Shown here: one piece after another, positions 54,712 through 62,718 of the stretch | Layout of the letters: each line of letters begins with the position of its first letter | Position numbering within the stretch: position 1 is the stretch's first letter | Source of the DNA: an uncultured virus (IMG/VR IMGVR_UViG_3300033571_022590) | Taxonomy: Duplodnaviria > Heunggongvirae > Uroviricota > Caudoviricetes | Strand: one strand, 5' to 3' | DNA length: 64,000 nucleotides | IMG/VR virus record: IMGVR_UViG_3300033571_022590 | Span: 1-64,000 of that record | Made by a program: the position numbers and the translations under genes | The notes under the pieces: generated by a model | The model's database searches: none | Told to the model about the DNA's origin: nothing | Seen by the model: only the letters and a program-made list of their open reading frames with translations

Positions 54712-57706
54712 GTTTGACGTATTTTATATTGGGACTAAACCAAATTTGTTTGCGCATGAGAAACCGTGTCGTGATATCACGCATGCACAGGAATTAAGTG
54801 GCACACGTTTTTGTTGGGTAGTGGATTATTTAACCGACTACACAGGCTTTGATTTTTTATGGGAACCCCCGCCCTGGCAGGCAGATTTTACACATGTTTG
54901 GCCCAGTCAGTGGGATCAGTACCATGCGGCATATTTGATTCCAAAACATGCCACAAGTCTTGATTATCACGCACACACCCAAACTCTTTGGCCCAAAAAG
55001 TTTCTAGACAATTATCAAACATTGGTGCCTTGTCAGTTTGATTATTCATGGGTGCCACACCCGTGGGAACCACCATACATTTATGTGTTTGGTAATCAAC
55101 ACTATGCCAGCACCATCATGCCCACGGTGGAATATTATACACCAGGTGCCACAGAACGAAAGTTTGTTGATGACATAGCGGCTAGACTGTTGCCCTGTCG
55201 TGATAATTGGGAAATTCTTGAACCCATAGACCAAGAATCCTGGGACTGGTCTTGGAGACCCGATCCAGGAGAACCTGCCTATATCTATGTGTTTGGCAAT
55301 CAATGGAATCCGCCTGAATTCAAAGCCAGCGTGCGTTATGTTGTGCCCGGTGCCACACAAGTCAAATACATGGATCAGCGTACACGTCGACTACCACAGC
55401 CCGAACTGTTCCGTCACAATTTGCCTGTAGCAAAATTTGACTACTCATGGGAACCCAATCCGTTTGATCCGCCCATGACCTATGTGTTTGGAAATCAATG
55501 GAATCCAGCAGTGCTAGAGCCCACGATAGTTTACAGCACTGGCGGCACAGAAATCAAGTATGTGGATGACATTGTGGCCACGATAGCCCAGGAAATGACA
55601 TCATGGACTCTGTTAGACGATATAGAAACATTTGATTACAGTTGGAGACCCAATCCCACAGATCCGCCTTATATCTATGTGTTTGGAAATCAGTGGCTGA
55701 CTCCTGAGCAACGTCCGGCTTTGCGTTATGCTGTGCCTGGAGCCACTGAAATCAAATACATGCACGAACCTCGTGCTAGACGTGTAGGCAATCCTGAACT
55801 GTTTGTGCAATTGTATCCTTGTAACTTTGACTGGTCATGGGAACCTGACCCTGGAAGCCCGCCTTATATCTACGTGTTCGGCAATCAATACTACCCCGCT
55901 GAAGTCATGCCCACAGTAGAATATCATGCGCCAGGTGCCACCGAGCGGAAATACATGGACGTGCCCGCACAGCTATTGCCGGATGACACATCGGCCTGGA
56001 AACTGTTGCATACCTGTGAATGGGACAAAACCTGGCGTCCAGAACCAGGAAGTCCGGCCTACATTTATGTGTTTGGTAATCAGTGGTGGCCAGCAGAAAA
56101 AATGCCCACAGTAGAATATCACATGCAGGGTGCCACGGAACGCAAGTACATGACAGCGCCTGTGGCTCAACTACCTGTAGACATGACACAGTGGCATGTG
56201 CCCGAGGGCGTAGACGTGCGTGACATGGATTTTTCTTGGGTGCCCGATCCTGGTGAACCGCCTTACATATATCAGTTCGCTACACAACATCAAAAAACTG
56301 GTGGACCACAATACCGTGTGCCAGGCGCTGTTGAAGTCAAATACTTGGATATGATGCGTGCCACAGTCACTAAAGAAGCTGTGCCCATATTTGAAATTGA
56401 TCACTTGGATGGCAATGCCGGGCAGATTCCCAATACGGTGCGCCGCGTGCGTTACTTTGACAACTATCGAGACACCTTGATTCGCTTGGCTAAAAACCTC
56501 AAAGGCGAATACGAACATATATGGGTGTGCAGTAGCGTTTGTGATTACACAGACTTTGACTTTAGTTGGCATCCAGAAATCTGGCAAAGCACCATGTTAC
56601 ATGTGTTTGCGTCAGACGGGGAAAAGTTTGGTGACACATTTTACATGCATGTGCCTACCTTTGCTGAACGTGCTGAGAAAAAAGAGTTGTTAGAATGGTA
56701 CAGTGTAAACTATGTGTCACGTCGGAACGTGCCACGCAGGCCCTTGCCGATGATACAACACAATCATGACACACATGTCGAAGCAGTCAAAACCATGACA
56801 TGGTCTGGGCCTTTGGCAGTGTTTGCCACAGAACCTGTAGAGCGAATTCCTCCTGTGCCACTATGGCGAGAAAAGACTAAAACGGTTGTGCCACTGAGTA
56901 AGGGTGCTAGTCAAGTCATAGTGCCCAAGGTGGCAGTGCCCTATATCAAAACTCAGTTGTATGATTATCCCTACATAGACAAGACACAACGACATCTTTG
57001 CAAAGAACAACCCTTGGACATAGTCTTCATTGACAACGGCGAACCCAATGCTGAATCTAATTATCAGCACCTGGTGGAAGTGGCCAGCCTGACTTGGCGC
57101 AATCGTATACACCGCAGTACAGGAGTCACAGGCCGTGTGGCCGCATATCATGCCGCAGCTGAACTAAGTAGCACACCTTGGTTTTTTGCTGTGTTTGCCA
57201 AGTTGCGTGTTGATAAAGATTTTGATTGGTTATGGCAACCAGACCGTATGCAGGAACCCAAGCACTATATCTTCCATGCGTTTAATCCTGTGAATGGCTT
57301 GGAGTATGGGCACCAGGCCATGATTGCCTACAACAAACGATTGGTCCTGGCCAACCCAGGCACAGGACTTGACTTTACCTTGGATTCAGCACACGAAGTA
57401 GTGCCTATACTATCAGGTACGGCCCACTATACAGATTCGGCTTGGATGGCCTGGCGCACTGCGTTCCGCGAAGTAATCAAACTGCGTCACAGTTTGCCCA
57501 ATGTAGAAAACGAATACAGATTAAACAAGTGGCTACAAGAAAACAACGACAATGATCGTGCGATGTACAGTCATTTGGGTGCGCAGGATGCTGTGGAGTA
57601 TTACGAATCTGTTAAAGGGGATGAAACAGAACTACGCAAGAGCTATGACTGGGCCTGGTTGGCCAGTTATGCTTTGATCAAACGCAATCTAACAGCGAGT
57701 CAATAA
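54710..57706 (+). CDS. 998-aa protein with seven ~65-aa Trp/Pro/Tyr-rich tandem repeats and a C-terminal domain paralogous to the GT-like gene at 36342
   Basis: Repeat FDYSW.P.P.EPPYIYVFGNQW...PTVEY..PGATE.KY; C-terminal LDIVFIDNGEPNA...NPVNGLEYG...AWRTAFREVIKL. Confidence 0.8.
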   Translation: MFDVFYIGTKPNLFAHEKPCRDITHAQELSGTRFCWVVDYLTDYTGFDFLWEPPPWQADFTHVWPSQWDQYHAAYLIPKHATSLDYHAHTQTLWPKKFLDNYQTLVPCQFDYSWVPHPWEPPYIYVFGNQHYASTIMPTVEYYTPGATERKFVDDIAARLLPCRDNWEILEPIDQESWDWSWRPDPGEPAYIYVFGNQWNPPEFKASVRYVVPGATQVKYMDQRTRRLPQPELFRHNLPVAKFDYSWEPNPFDPPMTYVFGNQWNPAVLEPTIVYSTGGTEIKYVDDIVATIAQEMTSWTLLDDIETFDYSWRPNPTDPPYIYVFGNQWLTPEQRPALRYAVPGATEIKYMHEPRARRVGNPELFVQLYPCNFDWSWEPDPGSPPYIYVFGNQYYPAEVMPTVEYHAPGATERKYMDVPAQLLPDDTSAWKLLHTCEWDKTWRPEPGSPAYIYVFGNQWWPAEKMPTVEYHMQGATERKYMTAPVAQLPVDMTQWHVPEGVDVRDMDFSWVPDPGEPPYIYQFATQHQKTGGPQYRVPGAVEVKYLDMMRATVTKEAVPIFEIDHLDGNAGQIPNTVRRVRYFDNYRDTLIRLAKNLKGEYEHIWVCSSVCDYTDFDFSWHPEIWQSTMLHVFASDGEKFGDTFYMHVPTFAERAEKKELLEWYSVNYVSRRNVPRRPLPMIQHNHDTHVEAVKTMTWSGPLAVFATEPVERIPPVPLWREKTKTVVPLSKGASQVIVPKVAVPYIKTQLYDYPYIDKTQRHLCKEQPLDIVFIDNGEPNAESNYQHLVEVASLTWRNRIHRSTGVTGRVAAYHAAAELSSTPWFFAVFAKLRVDKDFDWLWQPDRMQEPKHYIFHAFNPVNGLEYGHQAMIAYNKRLVLANPGTGLDFTLDSAHEVVPILSGTAHYTDSAWMAWRTAFREVIKLRHSLPNVENEYRLNKWLQENNDNDRAMYSHLGAQDAVEYYESVKGDETELRKSYDWAWLASYALIKRNLTASQ
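55030..56350 (+). repeat. Seven diverged in-frame tandem repeats of about 195-210 bp
   Basis: Recurring TAY GTG TTY GGN AAT CAR (YVFGNQ) in six units; the seventh is degenerate (YQFATQ). Confidence 0.85.
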
Positions 57707-58754
57707 CATACTCAACTTCTAGATCTGTCAGTTCAGGATAGATAGGCAAACACAGGGTTCTGCGACTCAAGGCCGACGCAACACTGAGTACATCGGGTCC
57801 TGGAAATTCATCGTAAGCTGGTAGCTCATGCAAGGGTTCCCAAGACAAAATCTTGGTTTCAATTCTGCGTATTTCAAGATTGCGTTGTAGGATATCACGC
57901 TTGTCTACATCAATCACAAACTTGTTGACAGCATGAGTTCTATGATTGGTCTCGTCTATGAGACTGCGTGCTCGAGTACCACGCAAGCGTTCCAGCCAAT
58001 ACCCTGCAATTTTACTACGTCTGCGTTGCCAGTCATCTAAGTACCGGGTTTTGACCATGAGTTGGGCACAGTCAACTTCACTCATTCTTGAATTGGTGCC
58101 AATCATTTGATGATTTGGTTTACCATTGTTGCGCCAACTTCGTGCAAAATCCAACATATTAATATCATCAGTAACTATGGCACCACCGTTGCCGTAACTG
58201 TTGAAATTTTTCATAGGGTCAAAACTTATGGCTGTTACATTGCCCACACGTCTACATGCATCACTGAGCCAGTGCTGAGCACCATCTTCAATTATGATAG
58301 CATTGTTGTTCAAGTATTCGTGTTTGTTGATGCTTTGCCCATACAAGCCCACGGCCACTGTGGCCTGTACACTTTGTTCACGATCAATTTTCTTATGATC
58401 CATTTGACCGTAGGCATCGGTATCTACTATGGTCACAGTCCAGCCAGCACGTTGAAAGGCATTTATAGTGGCCACATAAGTCATGGCCGGTATCAACACA
58501 CGCGGTGGCCTAGGCATGTAACCTTGAGTGGCATAATATTCGGCAATGATTTCCAAGGCTTGTGTGCCCGAATGACAGGTTACAGCATATTTGGTACCGT
58601 TCTTTTTGGCTAGCCAATTTTCTAATTCGGCTGTGTAGTTGCCGTCCATGAGTCGACCACTGCGTAAAACTTCATCAGTGGCATCTAGTATTTCTGTTCT
58701 GAGATTGTTATACTGTTTTTTGATTCCAGTAAACGGAATTTGCAAGCCATTCAT
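57678..58754 (-). CDS. DegT/DnrJ/EryC1/StrS PLP-dependent sugar aminotransferase
   Basis: SGTQAL, PAMTYVAT, IEDGAQ, SFDPMKNFNSYGNGGAIVT, GTNSRMSE and LPIYPEL. Confidence 0.93.
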   Translation of the reverse strand: MNGLQIPFTGIKKQYNNLRTEILDATDEVLRSGRLMDGNYTAELENWLAKKNGTKYAVTCHSGTQALEIIAEYYATQGYMPRPPRVLIPAMTYVATINAFQRAGWTVTIVDTDAYGQMDHKKIDREQSVQATVAVGLYGQSINKHEYLNNNAIIIEDGAQHWLSDACRRVGNVTAISFDPMKNFNSYGNGGAIVTDDINMLDFARSWRNNGKPNHQMIGTNSRMSEVDCAQLMVKTRYLDDWQRRRSKIAGYWLERLRGTRARSLIDETNHRTHAVNKFVIDVDKRDILQRNLEIRRIETKILSWEPLHELPAYDEFPGPDVLSVASALSRRTLCLPIYPELTDLEVEYVIDSLLDCV

Positions 58755-59676
58755 GATATATTTGAAATCCTTGTTCGACATCTACCTGTGGATCATATCC
58801 AAAATCTCGCTGTGCTGCTTCTATATTTAACGCACCGCGGCTGGGGAAATCCGCATCTTTGTCGTGAATTTCAATGCGCCCGCGACCTATCAACTCAACT
58901 ATTTTTTGTGCGGCTTGTAAAAGTGTAACACTGTGACTCTTGGTGATGTTGTATGTTTTGTTTACTGCGTTTAAACTCAGTGCGGCACCCATTATGCCAC
59001 GAGCGGCATCATCTACATAGGTAAAGTCCAAGGTTTCAGAAGCACCACGCACAGTCAAAGTTTCGTCGCGCATGGCTCGCAACATGAATCTACTGATAAC
59101 ACGATCTTCCACATCCAAAGGACCATACACAGCACTGGGACGAATTATGGTATGTGCAAGATTTTTTGTTCTTGTATAGTCGCGAGTGAGCCACTCACCT
59201 GCCAGTTTCATGATACCATACTGTCCTTGTGGCATGCACACAGCATGTTCAGAAACTGCATCTTGAAAATTGCCATACACCATGCTACTAGACACATAAA
59301 CAAATCTTGAAACATCATGACGTGCGCTGGACTCCAATAAATTTATGAGACCCTCCATCATGACTCGGCTGCCCCAGGCCGGATCTGCATTTACAACTTT
59401 CTGTCGGGGAAAACTGGCCAAGTGTATGACACAATCTGGTTTGTGCGTGGACAATAACCAATCAATGCCGGACCGGTCACAGATGTCAATGCGATAAATT
59501 CTGTCAGTAGCAATGTGACGGCGTCGTTCGATTAGCAAGTAGTCAAGTTCAGATTGCGGCACAATGCCGTATGTGGTTTGAATGTCTGTGATGACAATTT
59601 CGTGCCCTTGAGTTTCCAGCATGGCTACCAGCCTATGCCCGATCAAGCCCAGTCCACCAGTGACCAAGATTTTCAT
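58708..59676 (-). CDS. NAD-dependent epimerase/dehydratase
   Basis: ILVTGGLGLIG, SSSMVYG, YGIMK and DFTYVDD. Confidence 0.92.
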   Translation of the reverse strand: MKILVTGGLGLIGHRLVAMLETQGHEIVITDIQTTYGIVPQSELDYLLIERRRHIATDRIYRIDICDRSGIDWLLSTHKPDCVIHLASFPRQKVVNADPAWGSRVMMEGLINLLESSARHDVSRFVYVSSSMVYGNFQDAVSEHAVCMPQGQYGIMKLAGEWLTRDYTRTKNLAHTIIRPSAVYGPLDVEDRVISRFMLRAMRDETLTVRGASETLDFTYVDDAARGIMGAALSLNAVNKTYNITKSHSVTLLQAAQKIVELIGRGRIEIHDKDADFPSRGALNIEAAQRDFGYDPQVDVEQGFQIYHEWLANSVYWNQKTV

Positions 59677-59924
59677 TTTGTTTTTTGCCCCCATTTTAGT
59701 TCATGAAACACAGCATCAGCTGAGGATAGTTGTCCTTTGATGTTGACTCTATAACCCATGTAAGTAGGATCTGCATGGCACCAAAACACTGCTTCTCCCT
59801 GCACATGACTCATGCACCACTGTCCGTGTTCGGTTTGTTGCCACTCACCAATGGGCATGGCTGCATATAGATATGGGTCTTCAACATCGCCCATTCTAAA
59901 ACTGTGAAAAACTATTTCTGGCAT
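59673..59924 (-). CDS. Hypothetical protein
   Basis: 83-aa ORF coupled to the epimerase gene, with a promoter directly upstream. Confidence 0.7.
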   Translation of the reverse strand: MPEIVFHSFRMGDVEDPYLYAAMPIGEWQQTEHGQWCMSHVQGEAVFWCHADPTYMGYRVNIKGQLSSADAVFHELKWGQKTK

Positions 59925-59929
59925 AGTTT

Positions 59930-59958
59930 ATTATAACAGAACTGCTATTCTGTTGCAA
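59930..59958 (-). promoter_or_regulatory. sigma70-type promoter TTGCAA-17-TATAAT (extended TG), leaderless
   Basis: -35 at 59958-59953, -10 at 59935-59930, then 5 nt to the ATG at 59924. Confidence 0.65.
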
Positions 59959-60610
59959 CAAACTCTTGGATCATTGGAAAGATTGGAGCGATGGCATCGG
60001 CGCAGGCCTGTGCCATCTGTCTATGTTCTAGTTGTGTGCCGTTGCCAGACCTTAGTTCGATGTAGTGAACCCAACTTCGCAGGGTGCCTTGCATGTACAG
60101 TCGGCTGGCAGTCATGCCTTCGGGCAACACAGCACGAGCTTGTTCTTTGGCTATGCCACGAGCCAAGGCCCATTGATAAGCACTGCGGGCATAGTCTTGA
60201 ACTTGTTGTTGTTGCTTTAACCAATGTTTCTTTAGACTTTCATCTTCGGTAGCCACACTGTTTTGACGATTGGTGGTGTCTTGCAATCTGGCTTCGCGGT
60301 TTTCAAACTCCACATCAGCCACAGCATAACGCTGACTGAATTCTTGAAAACTAAAACTACGATGTCGCAGAATTTGGCGTGCTATATCTCTAGTGGTTTC
60401 AATTTCCAAACACACACTGACCATTTCCAAGGGACTCCAGTGACCATGCCGGATCAAATAGCGTATGAGTTTTTCGCTGGTTTCAGTGTTGTGTTGATTT
60501 GAAGGATTGCTGACCCGGGCACAGTAAGCCACAAGCTCTTGAGCATTGTTGATGCCTTGAGCTTGTAGTTCTGCGCTGGGTTGACTGTAACTAATTAATG
60601 CGACTTTCAT
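59945..60610 (-). CDS. thyX: Flavin-dependent thymidylate synthase
   Basis: ARVS, HWSPLE, RQILRHRSFSFQEFSQRY, EQARAVLP and TQLEHR. Confidence 0.96.
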   Translation of the reverse strand: MKVALISYSQPSAELQAQGINNAQELVAYCARVSNPSNQHNTETSEKLIRYLIRHGHWSPLEMVSVCLEIETTRDIARQILRHRSFSFQEFSQRYAVADVEFENREARLQDTTNRQNSVATEDESLKKHWLKQQQQVQDYARSAYQWALARGIAKEQARAVLPEGMTASRLYMQGTLRSWVHYIELRSGNGTQLEHRQMAQACADAIAPIFPMIQEFVATE

Positions 60611-60619
60611 ACATTCTCT

Positions 60620-61270
60620 CTATGTCTTAATCAATGTTGTATCATTTGGCCATCTATTACTAAATTTTTTTCCTTTTAGTTTAAACAATGGTTTTAGTGT
60701 CTGCAAATTTTTTAATTGATACCCATTTTGACAAAACAAACCAATGGTGTTTAAAATATCTTTGCGAGTACTCAAAAAGTTTGTTTCAAAATTTATTTGA
60801 TCCGGGTAATATTCACTTGGTTTATCTTTGAGATATTCTAGAAAAAAATTCAAAATCTGACAGTCAGAACCTTCAGTGTCAATTTTTAAATGTTTGATAC
60901 GACGTATATTTAGATCTGTCAATAGTTTAGCTATTGGTATTTGTGTGATAGTTTGTTTTTCAACCAAGTGTTTGAGATTTTGATGCCTATGAATTTGATG
61001 ATATCGACCTATTACAGAACAACCTTTGAGATATTCTTCTAAACCTCGATTTTTTATACTACGATTGCTTATATAAAAAATTTCTACAGTTTGTTCAATG
61101 TTATTTGCAGCTATGGCTGCATTGATTTTAATAACATTAGTGGGGGAAGGTAAATTGTCTAAAAACTCTTTGACTGGTTCAACAACAACGCCAACAGTGT
61201 TGTCATTGGCTTGTTCCACTAAGGTATCAAAATCACATGACCCAATTTCTAAAAAATCTAAGTCAAGCAT
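60620..61270 (-). CDS. FkbM-like SAM-dependent methyltransferase
   Basis: FLEIGSCD, VVEPV, INAAI, LKIDTEGSDCQIL and I.FE. Confidence 0.75.
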   Translation of the reverse strand: MLDLDFLEIGSCDFDTLVEQANDNTVGVVVEPVKEFLDNLPSPTNVIKINAAIAANNIEQTVEIFYISNRSIKNRGLEEYLKGCSVIGRYHQIHRHQNLKHLVEKQTITQIPIAKLLTDLNIRRIKHLKIDTEGSDCQILNFFLEYLKDKPSEYYPDQINFETNFLSTRKDILNTIGLFCQNGYQLKNLQTLKPLFKLKGKKFSNRWPNDTTLIKT

Positions 61271-61279
61271 AACATTGTA

Positions 61280-61582
61280 TTATAGTTTGCCTAATAGTTT
61301 GTCGGTTTCTGGTTGTACAATTTTTGCTACGCTGTTTACGTCAACCACAAAGTCAACATCACGAATTTGGTGATCATTTTCTTGAAAATATCGAGTCAGT
61401 ATCTGCTCAACATCCTCTAGATCTAGACCCTGTTTCAACATGGCATGCACGTTCAAGGTTTTTTGGCGGCCTTGTGCCAGTTTTATGACTACCTTCTTGA
61501 TGCACTCAAGTGGAACATCAGTTTTGTTTACGCCTGCAATTATGTTTTCCCATTGAGTCAAAAAATCATCATTGGACTGCAT
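61280..61582 (-). CDS. Hypothetical protein
   Basis: 100-aa ORF in a contiguous minus-strand run. Confidence 0.7.
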   Translation of the reverse strand: MQSNDDFLTQWENIIAGVNKTDVPLECIKKVVIKLAQGRQKTLNVHAMLKQGLDLEDVEQILTRYFQENDHQIRDVDFVVDVNSVAKIVQPETDKLLGKL

Positions 61583-62276
61583 CTACCGGCGCTTTCTTGC
61601 GAGCACGTGTCTTTGCGGTTTCTGTTTTGGTTGCCTTGGCATCAGATTTAACCACGCTGGGAAAGATTTTTTCAGCTTCTTTTTTCATTCTTGCAGCTTC
61701 AGCAATCATACCTTTGGCTTCAACTTCCATGCGTTGAGCTTGAGTCAACATGTTGGCGGCTAGAGTGCGATCATCCAAGGCTGCATCCTGTGGTGCCTGC
61801 ATGACTTGTCCGCGTGCTTCGGCTGCCAAACGTTGACGTTTGAATTCCTGTTCGGCCTGACGCTTTGTGGCTGGATCAACAAGACCCTGACTGGCATTAA
61901 GATCGGCCAGTTTCTTGGCCGCATCTGCCCCGCTTTCCATTTCTTTAACGATGCGATTGAGTTCGTCTAGTTTGACTGAGCTTGTGGCAGTGGGTGTAAC
62001 AATGACTTGATTTGTTGGTACTTTTTTCAACATGCCTTCACGATGCAAGGCTTCTAGTATCACACGACCATCTGGTAACAGATTACGGTGCAAGGCATTG
62101 GCCAAGGTGTTTTCTTGTTGTCCGCTGGGACTTTCAATCACTTTCATGATTGTGTCATGAATGTGTGTGGGCAACACTTCAGGATATATTACCAGACACA
62201 TGTGATCCTCGCCGGGAATCTCTCTAAAAATAATTGCTACCTTGCGGTCACCATGTCTACCTATGTGTTTAAGCAT
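61569..62276 (-). CDS. Hypothetical protein with a coiled-coil C-terminus
   Basis: AAGGAG Shine-Dalgarno before the ATG at 62276; MLKHIGRHGDRKVAIIFR. Confidence 0.75.
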   Translation of the reverse strand: MLKHIGRHGDRKVAIIFREIPGEDHMCLVIYPEVLPTHIHDTIMKVIESPSGQQENTLANALHRNLLPDGRVILEALHREGMLKKVPTNQVIVTPTATSSVKLDELNRIVKEMESGADAAKKLADLNASQGLVDPATKRQAEQEFKRQRLAAEARGQVMQAPQDAALDDRTLAANMLTQAQRMEVEAKGMIAEAARMKKEAEKIFPSVVKSDAKATKTETAKTRARKKAPVDAVQ

Positions 62277-62469
62277 TTTCATCTCCTTGTGCTTGTTGAT
62301 TTTGCGCAATCATTTGAGCTTGTGATTGCGCAACAAAAAATTCTAACTTGTCATAAAGCATACCTACAGTGGTGAGTTCTGAGGCTTTGAAAGCGCCACG
62401 AGAATTTGCTGCTTCGATAACTGCTTTGAGACTGGCCATGTCGGCTACGGTAAGTTGTTTGTTTTCCAT
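62269..62469 (-). CDS. Small hypothetical protein
   Basis: 66 aa, preceded by TAAATA 5 nt upstream. Confidence 0.7.
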   Translation of the reverse strand: MENKQLTVADMASLKAVIEAANSRGAFKASELTTVGMLYDKLEFFVAQSQAQMIAQNQQAQGDENA

Positions 62470-62474
62470 GCAGA

Positions 62475-62480
62475 TATTTA
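62475..62480 (-). promoter_or_regulatory. Late promoter core TAAATA
   Basis: GTCGTAAATATCTGCATG, located just downstream of a terminator. Confidence 0.5.
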
Positions 62481-62501
62481 CGACAAAATTAGAGAGTCAA
62501 C

Positions 62502-62531
62502 AAATAAAAACACCCCAAATTGGGGTGTTTT
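62502..62531 (-). terminator. Rho-independent terminator, possibly bidirectional
   Basis: AAAACACCCCA-AAT-TGGGGTGTTTT 11-bp inverted repeat with T-runs on both strands. Confidence 0.85.
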
Positions 62532-62547
62532 GGTAAAACTGACCTGT

Positions 62548-62718
62548 TTATTTGCCGTTGAAATACCAGTTGGCTCCGGCGATAGCGAAACAAATGATAG
62601 CATTGAGCCACTGTCCAGATCCAAAATAAATCAAGCCACTCATGATCATGGCACCAATGATAAACCATGTGATTTGTACTGCGTTGGCAAGATACCACAG
62701 TCTAAAACGTTCAAGCAT
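62548..62718 (-). CDS. Small membrane protein with two hydrophobic segments
   Basis: MLERFRLWYLANAVQITWFIIGAMIMSGLIYFGSGQWLNAIICFAIAGANWYFNGK; AGGA Shine-Dalgarno. Confidence 0.6.
   Translation of the reverse strand: MLERFRLWYLANAVQITWFIIGAMIMSGLIYFGSGQWLNAIICFAIAGANWYFNGK

Noticed and set aside
55030..56350. Possible CRISPR array or DGR template/variable repeats
   Set aside because: The repeats are long, in frame and diverge at synonymous positions. There is no constant repeat-spacer pattern, no adenine-specific variation, and no cas or reverse transcriptase gene in the window.
59935..59954. 7-bp inverted repeat AACAGAA/TTCTGTT as the thyX terminator
   Set aside because: Weak AT-rich stem overlapping the thyX stop and a promoter spacer; insufficient support.
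34187..61270. 7-deazaguanine or hydroxymethyl-pyrimidine DNA modification pathway
   Set aside because: No FolE, QueD, QueC, DpdA or hydroxymethylase-like gene was recognised in the window, and thyX looks canonical.
34187..61270. Bacterial LPS/O-antigen locus or chimeric assembly
   Set aside because: No flippase, polymerase or membrane transferase is present; genes are phage-style overlapped and contiguous with virion genes, and a family member also sits between gp47 and gp46.
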